The notes: generated by a model from the sequence alone, not told the origin. DNA of 64,000 nucleotides from Chloroflexia bacterium (GCA_036399775.1 DASWMJ010000002.1:1123-65122); one strand, 5' to 3'. Positions 1-9,850 are shown, counted from the stretch's first letter. A program made the numbers and translations.

Positions 1-453
1 GAGGCGGCCGATGCGGCGGTAGAACTGGGGGTGAAGGACGCGGAGTCTGAGCAGAACCTGATCGCCCGCGCCCAGTTCGGCATCGAGCGTTACCGGCGCG
101 CTCTCGAAGAAGCCCGGCGCAAGGGGGACGCGGCTTCCGCTCGTGAGGCCAAGCGGCGCCTGGAAGCCGCCGAGGCTGAGATGGACCGCCTGGAACGCGA
201 AGCCAGGGCCAGGGAAGCAGCAGCGGCTGCACCGCCTGCGCCTGGCACGACCGTGGGTGGGGAGCCCGTTATGCCGCGACCAGGTCCAGGCGGGCCTACC
301 CCCTTCTCGGTGGGATCCAGCTTTGTCGCGAACATCACCAACAACGTCACGGAGACCCACGACCCGCACGCCACGGCGGCACAGATAGCGAACGCGCAGA
401 CCTGGCAGTTGCGGTCTTTGGCGGGCACGCTGCCCAGGGAAGGGAGGGGCTGA
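1..453 (+). CDS. phage tail protein, C-terminal part (ORF open at window start; coiled-coil, Ala/Arg/Glu-rich; possibly tape-measure C-terminus)
   Basis: Frame 1 has no stop before position 31, so the CDS continues upstream of the window. The KRRLEAAEAEMDRLEREARAREAAAAA segment is heptad-like. It sits directly upstream of the tail genes and is ATGA-coupled to the next ORF. Confidence 0.45.
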   Translation, partial: EAADAAVELGVKDAESEQNLIARAQFGIERYRRALEEARRKGDAASAREAKRRLEAAEAEMDRLEREARAREAAAAAPPAPGTTVGGEPVMPRPGPGGPTPFSVGSSFVANITNNVTETHDPHATAAQIANAQTWQLRSLAGTLPREGRG

Positions 454-848
454 TGTACGCCATCAACGGCAACCCGCTCGACAATTCGGGCGCATCGGTA
501 GTGGACCTCACCTGGCCCACATCTCACGAGGTGGATCTCACGCCCACCATAGAGAAGGCGGTGCTTGGCGGGGTTATAGTGATCGAGCCGCCGGGGGGCA
601 GGCTGCGTATCGTGACCTGGCATTTCGGGCAGCGCCGTGCGGAGGCCATCAACGCCATCAAGTCGTACATCGGGTCGAACCCGATCTGCTACATCGACAC
701 CTACGCCGGCAAGAACCCAGACGGCACAGACATCGTTTGGCGCGACCTCAAGGTTGCGGTGACCTTTCCGCCCCTTAAGACCGCTGACAATCGTGGGTTT
801 TACGAGCCCTTCTCGATCGTGTGGAGAGAGATTGAAGTTCAATTATAG
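453..848 (+). CDS. phage tail-associated hypothetical protein
   Basis: 131-aa ORF translationally coupled to the upstream gene (ctgATGtac overlap), inside the structural block. Confidence 0.5.
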   Translation: MYAINGNPLDNSGASVVDLTWPTSHEVDLTPTIEKAVLGGVIVIEPPGGRLRIVTWHFGQRRAEAINAIKSYIGSNPICYIDTYAGKNPDGTDIVWRDLKVAVTFPPLKTADNRGFYEPFSIVWREIEVQL

Positions 849-856
849 GAGTAAAG

Positions 857-1246
857 ATGGGCCTGACCGAACAGACCGCGGGTGAGACCCTGGACGCCCT
901 GCTCATAGCCCCGCCATCCCTCTACCTCTCGCTGCATACCGCCCAGCCGGTGGAGAACCAGTTGACGCACTCGGTGGTCACCCACGAGATGACGGCCGGG
1001 GGCTATACGCGCGTGGACGTCACCGGGGGGTTCGACCGCAGCGGCCGGCTGGTGACGAACCCCGCCGATATAGAGGTCGCGGAAATCGATGCCCTGCAGG
1101 TGGCCACCCACTGGGGCGTGTGGTCCCACCCGACGTCGACTTCGCCCATCCACTTTCGATTCTTTACCGCGTTCAATATACCTCGCACTATACAGCCGAG
1201 CACGCCCGTAACCATACCGGCGGGCGCGCTGCGCGTTCGGGCCTAG
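857..1246 (+). CDS. small tail/structural protein, paralog family member A (G[GH]GY[TA]RV motif)
   Basis: AGGAG RBS 7 nt upstream. Shares the motif LHT..P..GG.E.SGGGYARV with the ORFs at 1255-1656 and 6431-6841. Confidence 0.5.
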   Translation: MGLTEQTAGETLDALLIAPPSLYLSLHTAQPVENQLTHSVVTHEMTAGGYTRVDVTGGFDRSGRLVTNPADIEVAEIDALQVATHWGVWSHPTSTSPIHFRFFTAFNIPRTIQPSTPVTIPAGALRVRA

Positions 1247-1254
1247 GAGGCAAC

Positions 1255-1656
1255 ATGGCAGGAATATCAAGGGTCAGGGGGATCGACCACCTCAACTACC
1301 TCTTCAACGGCGCCGCACCGCGGCGCATATCGCGTATCTGGATGTCGCTGCACACCGACGACCCCGGTGGCCTCGGCCTCCATGAGGTGAGCGGGCACGG
1401 CTACGCGCGCGTTGAAGTAACCCACTCTTTTCCCGATGCCCTAGACCCGAGAGTGTCGAACAACGTACGCATTCTCTTCCCGGAGGCTACGAGCCCGTAC
1501 GACGCTACCCACATCGGTTTCTGGGATGCATCATCCGACGATGATGAAGAGGCTTTCGTCTACGGGCAGGCTTTGACTGCGGTGCTGCATATAGCCACCG
1601 GTGCGCCTCCCGACTTTCCGCCGGGGTCGATAGCGATCTACACGAGGTACGATTAG
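1255..1656 (+). CDS. small tail/structural protein, paralog family member B
   Basis: TAGGAGG RBS then ATG at 1255. Contains LHTDDPGGLGLHEVSGHGYARVEVTHSF, similar to its neighbours. The longer tracked ORF from 1120 is probably not the true start. Confidence 0.5.
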   Translation: MAGISRVRGIDHLNYLFNGAAPRRISRIWMSLHTDDPGGLGLHEVSGHGYARVEVTHSFPDALDPRVSNNVRILFPEATSPYDATHIGFWDASSDDDEEAFVYGQALTAVLHIATGAPPDFPPGSIAIYTRYD

Positions 1657-1657
1657 A

Positions 1658-4600
1658 GTGGCCGAGGGGTATTCTTCCGGATTTATTGAGCTCGAAGGCC
1701 CGCCCGTTCCGGGTATAGGCCGGGCCGTGCCGTTGGAGCTCGTCTCCAAGGGCGAGTCCGGCCTATCTCTCGATCTTTCCTTCGCCAACGAAGGGCGCTC
1801 CAGCGGCATCATAGAGATAGGCGGCTTCGCCAAGGGAGAGGCCTATATCCAACTCTCCTTCGCTTTCGATGGCGGCTCCTCGATAGACCTCAAGCTCTCT
1901 TCATCGTACGACTCCGGGTCGGACTACGAGATAAGGGTCACGGGAGAGGGCGATATTCGCATCAATCTCTCCCACCTGTCGTTCAATATGCGGGGCGGCG
2001 GGTCTCGCTCGACGCTGGATCTCACGTCCGTGCAGCCCCTGTCATTTACTTTCGACGGCGGCTCCTCGGTAGACCTTCTGCTGGGCGCCGAGTCAACGTC
2101 GTTCACCTTCGACGGCGGCTCCTCGGTAGATATCGACATGGAGGAGATGCACGACTACCCCCTGGAGCTGGAGATGGGCGGGGAGACCAAGATGCTCCTC
2201 TCCTTCACTACTCACAATCTCCTGTCGTTCACTTTCGACGGCGGCTCCTCGGTGGACCTCTATCTCAATACCCAGCTCCTACCCATCACCTTCAAGCGCA
2301 AGGGGCGGGGCGACGACCAGGTGGACCTGGATCTCACGGTCACGTACCCTGCCCTGCCTGAAGGCCTCGATCCCGGCGAGACGCGGACGCAAGGCGCCTC
2401 TATCCCCGCGCGTATAGTGCCGGCGAACGAGAATATAGATATAGGCAACCACCCACTGCGTCGCTCGGGGGTATACGTGGAGATCGCCCCCAACGTGCTC
2501 CGGCCCGGCTGGTCGCACAACCCGCGCCGCCAGTACATGGAGGACGACGACACAGACGCGGATATACCTGACGGCCCTGACATCGAGGGGGATATTATAG
2601 GCGATCCTGGGCCCGAGCACCGCGGCCCCGATGCGCTCGCCATGTGCCGCATGGGCGACATGCGCTACGCGATGGCCACCGTCAAGAGCATAGGCACCAA
2701 CAAAGGCTTCGCCAATAAGGTAGAGTTTCGTCTGCAGGGTGGGGCAGAGGCGTACGGGCGCCCCCGCATGGTGTTCAACAATGGGCGCCGGCCGGTCCAT
2801 ACGTTAAGCATGGTGGCGGGTTACGACCCAATCACGGGGGCCGGGGCCGCGGATATGGACCGCGAGACCGCGCTGATCCTGGCGACCCGCGTGCAAGACG
2901 GCTCGAACTCCTGGCTGACCTTTCTCTACGTTTCTTTGGACCGCGGCGTAACCTGGCAAAAGGTGTGGGTGGGGGATTATACCCACATGCAGCCGAAGCT
3001 CGTTGCACACCCGGACGGGCGCATATTCCTCTTCTACAAGCACTACACCGACCACCTGCTGCGCTGGCACGCAACCTCTCAATCCCCGGCGGACTGGAGG
3101 CCGCGCGGCTTCGAGTGGGACGCCTCTGGCGTGGTGTCGGGCATAGACCTCAACTGGCTGCCCTATGAGAAGGTGTACGATATCAGCGCCGCGGGTGGCT
3201 ACTGGAACCTGGCAGTGGCGCACGTCAACCGTTCTGCGACCCCGCAGAACATAGCGGACGAGCTCAAATTCCAGGTGGGCCATAAGTTGCTCAACGAAGA
3301 CCCCACCGGCATCTATACGGAGACAAAGTCTATCGGTCTGGACCTGGGGTCGACCAACGCTGTCGAGTGGCTGTCGATCGGGCGCGCGGGCGGTAACAAC
3401 GAGTTCGGGCACTTTCCAAAGGGGCGGCGGGTGATCCTCTATTCGCTGCGTACCACCGGCACCTCCCGCCTCAAGCACTCTGTATTCGACGCCTCCACCA
3501 GGCCCTTCACCTGGACGGTGGAGAACAAGCTGGTGCCCTTCAACGGCTCGAAGTGGGGGATATTCGACGCCAAGCCCGACCCTGCGGGGCCGTACAATTC
3601 GGAGTGGCGAGAGGACTGGAATGTACGGCTGGACCAAAACGGTGATGAGGTTCAGCCTCTCAACGATCGCGAGACCTGGCTGGGGATAAAGACCCCCTCC
3701 ACGCGCCTCCAGTACGGGTTCGATCCCGAGTTCGGGCGGTCGGTGCGCATAGATTCCAAAGGGGACCCGCCCGACGAGAGCGACCCCGACAAACATGACC
3801 AGGTCGACTCCTTCGGGCACTGGTGGACCCGCTCTACCGAAGACGAGTCTAAGGCCTTCCCGCCCTTCACCCCCGGCGTGCCGATGGAGGCCGAGTTCTC
3901 CGTGCGCTTCAGCAAGCCGTTGATGGCCTACCACAACATCTGGTTCGTGATAGACGACCCGGCGAACCCCGAGACCCCGATCTTCCGCCTGGATGCACAT
4001 GCGGGTAACGACGCCTACCTGCCCGACCGCTTGCCCCACCCGCACGATATAGCCCGCGGCATGCGGGTGACTTTCTGTAAACCCATCCTCAACGACAAGC
4101 GTATCGCCAACGCCCGCCTGCCGGTGGGGCACGGCGGCGATGCCGATGAGTATTTCCAGCACCCCATACCCTGGGCGTTCGAGGGTTTCGAGCGCCGTGC
4201 GGATAACTCGGCGAAGCCTTACCTTTTCCGGCTGACGTACACGCCCGCGGACGATATGTTTCGCCTCTACTGGAGGCGCTCGAGGGCGGAAGCGTGGCTA
4301 CCTTTCATACCTTACAAGGGGTATATCAACCGCGAGACGGGGCTGCTCGACGAGCGTGAGTACGTCGATATAGGGGGTAGCGACGCTCACCCCACGCAGA
4401 ACCGGTATATGCCCCACCCCACTGAGAAGTACTGGGAGCAGCCTCGCAATGGCCGGTGGCCCAGGCGCTTCTTCATCGGCCACTCGGGTGTGCAGCCGGC
4501 GATCGCCCAGCAGACCACCATGTGGGTGGGACCGCTCAAGGTGACCGGGCGCGCTACCATGGAGGCCTGCATGCCCGTTGGCCAGGGTGCCTTCGTGCCG

Positions 4601-5887
4601 CGCCTGTCGGGCGGATTGGATGTCTTCTACGTCGACCGGCGACAGAAGCGCGTTCACCGCCTCACCTACGGCTACCCCTGGCAGGACGTCTTCACGGCTT
4701 TCGAGGGCAGAGCCGACTGGGGCGTCGACGGCGGGCCGGACCAGGCCGAGATCAAGCTCCTCGACGTCGATAACTACAACCACACGTCCCTGTACGGCGA
4801 CGTAAAAGGTCACAACGCCATGATCTGGGTGAAGGGGGGCTGGCGCGACAAGACGGGGCTTGGGGGCCTGGAGTTCCTCGATATTGGAGGCTGGGGCGCC
4901 TGGACCTGCCCCTTCTTCGGCACCGCGGATACCGGCCAGCCTCTGCGCTCAGAGGAGGGGCCGATCATCACCATGCGCCTCTTCAGCCCGCTGCGGGCCA
5001 TGACGCGCTCCTACCAGACGCAGGGGTTCATGGGCCTCCCTTGGCCGAGGGGGCGCGAATACCGGGACGAGTACAAAACGCCGGAGGAGAGGGTGCGCGA
5101 GTGGCAGCTGGTGATGATGCGCGACAAGGTATACGCCGCCGACCCCAATTTGCCGTGGGACGCCAAGCTCGGCATGTCGATGCACAACGATGACTACATT
5201 GCTTACTACGTGTGGTGCCACATGCTGGGCCTCGACCAGTTCAAGCTGCAGGTGCCACGCCTGGGCATCACCCCGCCCCACTTCACCGTGAACGAGACGG
5301 GCGAGGACGTGGACCTGATGCAGGACGTGCAGCGTATGTGGGGGGACCTGGGCCTCACCTGGTGGTACGACTTCTGGGCGGGTGGCGTGCTGCGCGCGTC
5401 TCTACCCCCGACCAGAAACGCCGAGGTAGATATGGAGATCGACCCACGTTATGCGATCTCCCTGCCCATACAGATGCAGGAGGATGATTGGGGCCGGGCG
5501 GGCAATGTGGTGACGGTGGTGGACAACGTGGAAGCGCGGCCCAACACCGCATCGGGGCGCGTCGCTCCCTGGCCTGACGGCGCGGGCACGGTCACCCAGT
5601 CGGTGTCGGTGGCGGCGGGCCTGCCGTCGCAGCACGGGCAGGCCATGATGTATGCCAAGGGGATCGTTCACAGGGCCCTGCAGCGTGAGTGGATGGGGGC
5701 CCGCGCCCTGGTCACCTTGATGGACGCCTTCCCTTACGTGCGGCCCGACCTGATTATCGAGTACCGGGACCCCCCGCCTGAGCTTCGGGGCAAGTGGCGC
5801 TCTACTCGCATTACCACGTGGTGGAATACCCAGGAGCTGGTGACCGAGATGGCGCAGGTGTCGGTGGATAAACCTTATCTAGTTTAG
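1658..5887 (+). CDS. giant phage tail fibre / receptor-binding protein with N-terminal tandem repeats and a BNR (sialidase-like) motif
   Basis: GTG start. At least 5 copies of the ~22-aa unit SFTFDGGSS(V/I)DL. A BNR-type motif SLDRGVTWQKV (S-x-D-x-G-x-T-W). 1409 aa, by far the largest gene in the structural block. Confidence 0.7.
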   Translation: MAEGYSSGFIELEGPPVPGIGRAVPLELVSKGESGLSLDLSFANEGRSSGIIEIGGFAKGEAYIQLSFAFDGGSSIDLKLSSSYDSGSDYEIRVTGEGDIRINLSHLSFNMRGGGSRSTLDLTSVQPLSFTFDGGSSVDLLLGAESTSFTFDGGSSVDIDMEEMHDYPLELEMGGETKMLLSFTTHNLLSFTFDGGSSVDLYLNTQLLPITFKRKGRGDDQVDLDLTVTYPALPEGLDPGETRTQGASIPARIVPANENIDIGNHPLRRSGVYVEIAPNVLRPGWSHNPRRQYMEDDDTDADIPDGPDIEGDIIGDPGPEHRGPDALAMCRMGDMRYAMATVKSIGTNKGFANKVEFRLQGGAEAYGRPRMVFNNGRRPVHTLSMVAGYDPITGAGAADMDRETALILATRVQDGSNSWLTFLYVSLDRGVTWQKVWVGDYTHMQPKLVAHPDGRIFLFYKHYTDHLLRWHATSQSPADWRPRGFEWDASGVVSGIDLNWLPYEKVYDISAAGGYWNLAVAHVNRSATPQNIADELKFQVGHKLLNEDPTGIYTETKSIGLDLGSTNAVEWLSIGRAGGNNEFGHFPKGRRVILYSLRTTGTSRLKHSVFDASTRPFTWTVENKLVPFNGSKWGIFDAKPDPAGPYNSEWREDWNVRLDQNGDEVQPLNDRETWLGIKTPSTRLQYGFDPEFGRSVRIDSKGDPPDESDPDKHDQVDSFGHWWTRSTEDESKAFPPFTPGVPMEAEFSVRFSKPLMAYHNIWFVIDDPANPETPIFRLDAHAGNDAYLPDRLPHPHDIARGMRVTFCKPILNDKRIANARLPVGHGGDADEYFQHPIPWAFEGFERRADNSAKPYLFRLTYTPADDMFRLYWRRSRAEAWLPFIPYKGYINRETGLLDEREYVDIGGSDAHPTQNRYMPHPTEKYWEQPRNGRWPRRFFIGHSGVQPAIAQQTTMWVGPLKVTGRATMEACMPVGQGAFVPRLSGGLDVFYVDRRQKRVHRLTYGYPWQDVFTAFEGRADWGVDGGPDQAEIKLLDVDNYNHTSLYGDVKGHNAMIWVKGGWRDKTGLGGLEFLDIGGWGAWTCPFFGTADTGQPLRSEEGPIITMRLFSPLRAMTRSYQTQGFMGLPWPRGREYRDEYKTPEERVREWQLVMMRDKVYAADPNLPWDAKLGMSMHNDDYIAYYVWCHMLGLDQFKLQVPRLGITPPHFTVNETGEDVDLMQDVQRMWGDLGLTWWYDFWAGGVLRASLPPTRNAEVDMEIDPRYAISLPIQMQEDDWGRAGNVVTVVDNVEARPNTASGRVAPWPDGAGTVTQSVSVAAGLPSQHGQAMMYAKGIVHRALQREWMGARALVTLMDAFPYVRPDLIIEYRDPPPELRGKWRSTRITTWWNTQELVTEMAQVSVDKPYLV

Positions 5888-5897
5888 GAGGAGCCAG

Positions 5898-6110
5898 ATG
5901 ATCGGCAAGGTAAACAAACTAAAAGGCGGCGTTCACCCGATGCCTTACCCGGATCCGGAGTGCTCGTGCGATCTATGCGCCCTGGCACATCCGGAGGGGG
6001 TAACGATCCACTATCACAATTGCATGTGTGATTTGTGCAAGCCGGAAAACGCAGCGCAGTGGGTCGATGTCGGTGAGGTGCTTGCAGCCGAAAGGAAAAG
6101 GTATGTCTAG
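5898..6110 (+). CDS. small Cys-rich protein (putative Zn-binding)
   Basis: GGAGGAG RBS. 70 aa with the pairs ECSCDLC and CMCDLC. Confidence 0.45.
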   Translation: MIGKVNKLKGGVHPMPYPDPECSCDLCALAHPEGVTIHYHNCMCDLCKPENAAQWVDVGEVLAAERKRYV

Positions 6111-6414
6111 GAGAGGTATGTCAGGCACGAGGATACTCTCGTGCATCGAGAAGTACGACGACCACCATGTCATCGTGCGCAACGGACATGGCACGTCGTG
6201 TGTGCCGTGCGCGCCCAACATGGAGCGTATCGGGCGGCCAACGCTCGCCGAGGTGGCCTCCACACCGTCCGGCCTGGTGCTCACACGCATCGTGTCGGAC
6301 GCCGAGCCGCAGATATTGCTGATGCCGGAGACCCGCATGAAGTGGGTCACACGGATAACGCCGTTAGGAGACTCCCCCGTCAGGGGGATAGATGGGCTGC
6401 CGGTGCTGCCCTAG
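6103..6414 (+). CDS. hypothetical phage protein
   Basis: ATG at 6103 preceded by AAAGGAAAAGG. Frame-1 ORF running to 6414. Composition is arginine-rich, so confidence is low. Confidence 0.3.
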   Translation: MSRRGMSGTRILSCIEKYDDHHVIVRNGHGTSCVPCAPNMERIGRPTLAEVASTPSGLVLTRIVSDAEPQILLMPETRMKWVTRITPLGDSPVRGIDGLPVLP

Positions 6415-6430
6415 TTAGAAGGAGAAACAA

Positions 6431-6841
6431 ATGCCTGGTAGTATGACAGATTTTGAAGAGGCCAAGATTTCGAATATGCAGTTCGGAGGGGTGGCCTACA
6501 CGCCCGTGGGCACCTATTACGCGGCGCTGTTCCTTACAACGCCCTTCGACGACGGCACGGGCGGGGTAGAGGTGAGCGGCGGCGGCTACGCGCGGGTGGC
6601 TATCGCCAACAACCTGATCAACTTCCCCTTGATAGCGCCGGGGGGTGTCAAGTCCAATGCCCTGCCCATATCTTTTGGACCCGCATCGTCAAACTGGGGG
6701 GTAGTAACCGGGGGCGGCCTATACGACGCGCCGACCGGCGGCAATCTCAGGTGGCGTGGCGATGCCAATGACGTGCGGGAGGTATTGAGTGGCGGCTCGC
6801 TTACCATAGCTGCCGGCGCCTGGATAATCACGCACAACTAG
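6431..6841 (+). CDS. small tail/structural protein, paralog family member C
   Basis: GAAGGAGAAAC RBS. Contains GGVEVSGGGYARVAIANNL, matching the motif of 857-1246 and 1255-1656. Confidence 0.5.
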   Translation: MPGSMTDFEEAKISNMQFGGVAYTPVGTYYAALFLTTPFDDGTGGVEVSGGGYARVAIANNLINFPLIAPGGVKSNALPISFGPASSNWGVVTGGGLYDAPTGGNLRWRGDANDVREVLSGGSLTIAAGAWIITHN

Positions 6842-6843
6842 CC

Positions 6844-7761
6844 ATGCCGTTCACCACCGTTCACATCCCCGTAACGAAGATCAAGCCCGACGGCTCCCCG
6901 TCGTCGGGCTACCTCGCGTACCGGCTGGTACGGGAGATGCGGGACACGAAGACCGGGGACGTCCAGCCGATCGACACCTGGTCGGAGAGCCTGGACGAGA
7001 CGGGCACCGCTCGCTTCAACCTGCCCGCCAACGATGACCCCACTACCTCGCCCCTGGGCGCCACCTACCTGGTGACCGAGATAGTGGACCGCTCTTTCCA
7101 CCAGTACGAGGCAGTGATACACACCGACGGTGAGGTGGAGACAGTCTCCCCGGAGTCCGGGCCCTACCTCACCGAGCTGCAAGCTCTTGGGCCGATAGAC
7201 ATCGTGACGCTGGGGGCTGTCTCCCGCATAGGCATGTCGGCGTCAGGCGTGGTAGAGGGCACTTACGAAAATGCTACGGTCACGGTTGATGTGTACGGGC
7301 GAGTTGTAGAGGTGTCCGAGGGGGTTGATGAAGGAGTGGCTTCGGTTGCTGTCACGGCTCCTCTTACGGACACAGGCACGCCCGATGTCCCTGTTTTAGG
7401 CATAGAGCCGGCAACTATATTCACGCCCGGGTCCATGTCCACGGCAGACAAGGCGATGCTCGACGCTGCTACGGATGCACCCACCGTTTCTACGCTGATG
7501 AGGCGCGATGCCGTAGGTGGGTTTGCGGCAGGCACCGCTACTTTGGGTCAAGCTGTGGTATCAGGGGACCTGTTGCTGGGAGGCGATGCAAATGTAGGGG
7601 GTGAGTTGAACGCGAACGGCACAGTGGGTCTCTTTGGGGTCCCTTCAATAGGCCAGCAAGCTGGAGGGGCCGCGAAGGCGGGCAGCTCTTATACGGCTAC
7701 CGAGCAAGCCATGCTCCAAAAAGCATACGACGCGCTCAGGGCACTAGGGCTTTTATCATAG
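6844..7761 (+). CDS. phage tail protein (Gly/Ala/Thr-rich C-terminus)
   Basis: 305-aa ORF immediately after the upstream stop. The C-terminal GGDANVGGELNANGTVGLFG region has fibre-like low complexity. Confidence 0.5.
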   Translation: MPFTTVHIPVTKIKPDGSPSSGYLAYRLVREMRDTKTGDVQPIDTWSESLDETGTARFNLPANDDPTTSPLGATYLVTEIVDRSFHQYEAVIHTDGEVETVSPESGPYLTELQALGPIDIVTLGAVSRIGMSASGVVEGTYENATVTVDVYGRVVEVSEGVDEGVASVAVTAPLTDTGTPDVPVLGIEPATIFTPGSMSTADKAMLDAATDAPTVSTLMRRDAVGGFAAGTATLGQAVVSGDLLLGGDANVGGELNANGTVGLFGVPSIGQQAGGAAKAGSSYTATEQAMLQKAYDALRALGLLS

Positions 7762-7785
7762 AACACTAGATTTAGGAGGTATCAA

Positions 7786-8040
7786 ATGGCGGATCACATT
7801 CAACCCAGGACCGTAGAAGGCAACCTCACGATCGTTACCAGGGTGCCGGCAAAGGGCGGCAAGCCGATCGTTGAACAAACGCTGGATAAGGGGAACGAGG
7901 CGCATCACGCCTTCTTGCACATGTTCCGACTGGGCGACTGGGTGGTAACACTCGAGAGGGCGGCATTCGATAGCGGTGTGGCCGCATTGTCGGTAAAGTA
8001 CCTGCCGGGTGGCAAGGAGCCGGGGCCTGTGGGCCGGTAG
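7786..8040 (+). CDS. hypothetical phage protein
   Basis: TTAGGAGGT RBS 6 nt upstream of ATG. 84 aa. Confidence 0.4.
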   Translation: MADHIQPRTVEGNLTIVTRVPAKGGKPIVEQTLDKGNEAHHAFLHMFRLGDWVVTLERAAFDSGVAALSVKYLPGGKEPGPVGR

Positions 8041-8203
8041 GTCAAAGATCCGAGCATCGGTGTGTAGAGCTATGCATATTTACGACGAAGCCATACGGTG
8101 CCGTACAGCGCCATACGAGGCATGTGCAAAACGCCACGTCGTTTTTATGCCATCATGGTATACTTAAGGTAACAGGTGAATACGCTAGATAGAGGGCACG
8201 TTA

Positions 8204-8803
8204 TTGATAAAAACAGGAAGGCTTTATCGCTTCCAGAGGACGACTTTTGTGTTACCCCCACGCTCCAGGTGGGATGTTTTGCGAGGGAAGCTGAGAGTGT
8301 GGGTGCCGGTGTGGCTTCGAGTAGCCAGGCTCAGGGCCGAGTACGTTCTACGGAACCTCGTCAAACAGCCGGTCGACCTTTTCCGAGGGCCCATGCGCAT
8401 CGCGGAGTGCTTGGCGGGTTTACTCGCGGTCGGCTGGGGTCTCAATATCCTGGACAGAGCGCCCTCAGACACCGCGGGGTCAATGGTTATGACCACCATG
8501 TTTGCTCTGATGGGCAGCCGGGCGGTGTGGGGAAACGTCATTACAGTGATAGGCCTGGTGCAGGTAATAGGCGCGCTGTGGTCTATTCGCTGGATGCGGG
8601 TCTCTACGAGTCTTATCGCCGCTCCCTTCTGGGGGGGTGTTGCCGTGTTGATAGGGTTTCTCGGTGCCCAGAAAGTAGCTGCGCTCCCTTACGCGGCCTT
8701 CACTGCCGTCTGCTCGATCGCCTACTGGAAGCTGATCGGCGCTGAGCTCCCGGTGGCGGTAAGCAGAGTGCAACGTATTGCTAGTCGTCGGAGGACGAGG
8801 TGA
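8204..8803 (+). CDS. holin-like multi-pass membrane protein (start uncertain; alternative ATG at 8393)
   Basis: 3-4 predicted TM helices (LAGLLAVGWGL, VITVIGLVQVIGALWSI, IAAPFWGGVAVLIGFLGA). It sits first in the lysis cassette. An overlapping frame (8176-8745) is R/G-rich junk. Confidence 0.45.
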   Translation: MIKTGRLYRFQRTTFVLPPRSRWDVLRGKLRVWVPVWLRVARLRAEYVLRNLVKQPVDLFRGPMRIAECLAGLLAVGWGLNILDRAPSDTAGSMVMTTMFALMGSRAVWGNVITVIGLVQVIGALWSIRWMRVSTSLIAAPFWGGVAVLIGFLGAQKVAALPYAAFTAVCSIAYWKLIGAELPVAVSRVQRIASRRRTR

Positions 8804-9238
8804 GTGGACGTCTCCCAGTGGGGGCCTTACGCGGCGTTAATTACCACCGTGTTGATAGCTCTTATCAACATTGCAGGCAATATCTGGGGGCGACGCACGC
8901 GCTCTGCGGACTCGCAGGCCACGGACGAGCAGGCATATTACAAGGGCCTGCGGGAAGATGTGGCAGCTCAACGCAAGGAACTTGATGAGTGTCGCAAAGC
9001 TCGCCAGGAAGATGCCGTCAAAATCGTGCTGCTGGAGGGTGAAAAAGCCGACCACGATCGCGAAGTTGAGTATCTGAACAAGATAATAGGGTCCTGGCAG
9101 CACGAAGCGAAGTTTTTTCTGCAGACATTGAACCGGGAGCTCGGCCCCGGCTGGCGCAAGCGGGTACCCGGTATGACCGAGATGGGCATTGACGCGGATA
9201 AGCAAACGAAGACCCAGGCCGAGGAGGAGAGCCAGTGA
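8804..9238 (+). CDS. single-TM coiled-coil lysis-associated protein (holin/spanin-like)
   Basis: GGAGGA RBS then GTG. N-terminal TM helix YAALITTVLIALINIAGNIW followed by a charged coiled coil. It is GTGA-coupled to the endolysin gene. Confidence 0.5.
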   Translation: MDVSQWGPYAALITTVLIALINIAGNIWGRRTRSADSQATDEQAYYKGLREDVAAQRKELDECRKARQEDAVKIVLLEGEKADHDREVEYLNKIIGSWQHEAKFFLQTLNRELGPGWRKRVPGMTEMGIDADKQTKTQAEEESQ

Positions 9239-9846
9239 ACGGAGTGATTGTAAAGGATAGAACGCACCTCACCAGGAGGCAGCTCAAGAAGGGCGATGGC
9301 GGTGTCTATGACGCCCGCAGGCGTGGTCTGCAGGACATCGTCGACGGTCGCGGTGCGATCTTGCTCCACACCACCGAGGGCCTCGACTCTGAGCCGTGGA
9401 TGGTCTGCTGCCACGGGGTGTCGATCCACAAACTGATCCGGCGCGACGGCGTAATCATCAAGATGGTGAATGAGTGGGACAGGGCCTGGCACGCGGGCGT
9501 CAGCGGCTTTGGCGGGCGCAGCGACTGGAACAACTTCTCGATCGGCTATGAGGTCGAGCACAAGCACGGCGTCAACAACATTACTGATCTGCAATACGAG
9601 GCTGTGGCCCAGTCGATCGCCTACGATACGGCCCGCTTCCACATCTTCGATTACTGGGTGCGCTATCACCGTGAGGTAGCCCTCCCGCGAGGACGCAAGT
9701 CGGACCCCACCGACTTCGACGGCGCTCGCATGTGGCGGCGCGTGATGGAAATTAGAGCACATTGGCCAAGCGCCGAATGGCAAATTCCACTTTGGTATCG
9801 CCCTGATAGAAACTTAGAACCTGCATTGTTACAAATAGCGGCCTAG
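9235..9846 (+). CDS. endolysin, N-acetylmuramoyl-L-alanine amidase (Amidase_2/PGRP fold)
   Basis: Motifs AWHAG, GYEVEH and HREV..KSDP match Zn-binding residues of the T7-lysozyme/PGRP amidase family. Confidence 0.85.
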   Translation: MNGVIVKDRTHLTRRQLKKGDGGVYDARRRGLQDIVDGRGAILLHTTEGLDSEPWMVCCHGVSIHKLIRRDGVIIKMVNEWDRAWHAGVSGFGGRSDWNNFSIGYEVEHKHGVNNITDLQYEAVAQSIAYDTARFHIFDYWVRYHREVALPRGRKSDPTDFDGARMWRRVMEIRAHWPSAEWQIPLWYRPDRNLEPALLQIAA

Positions 9847-9850
9847 AAGA

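Noticed and set aside
2804-4162. 452-aa minus-strand ORF
   Set aside because: It lies entirely antisense within the 1409-aa tail-fibre gene and is Arg/Gly/Pro-rich, typical of a shadow ORF in high-GC DNA.
8176-8745. 189-aa + strand ORF overlapping the holin-like gene in another frame
   Set aside because: Arg/Gly-rich with no hydrophobic structure. The overlapping frame encodes a convincing multi-TM protein.
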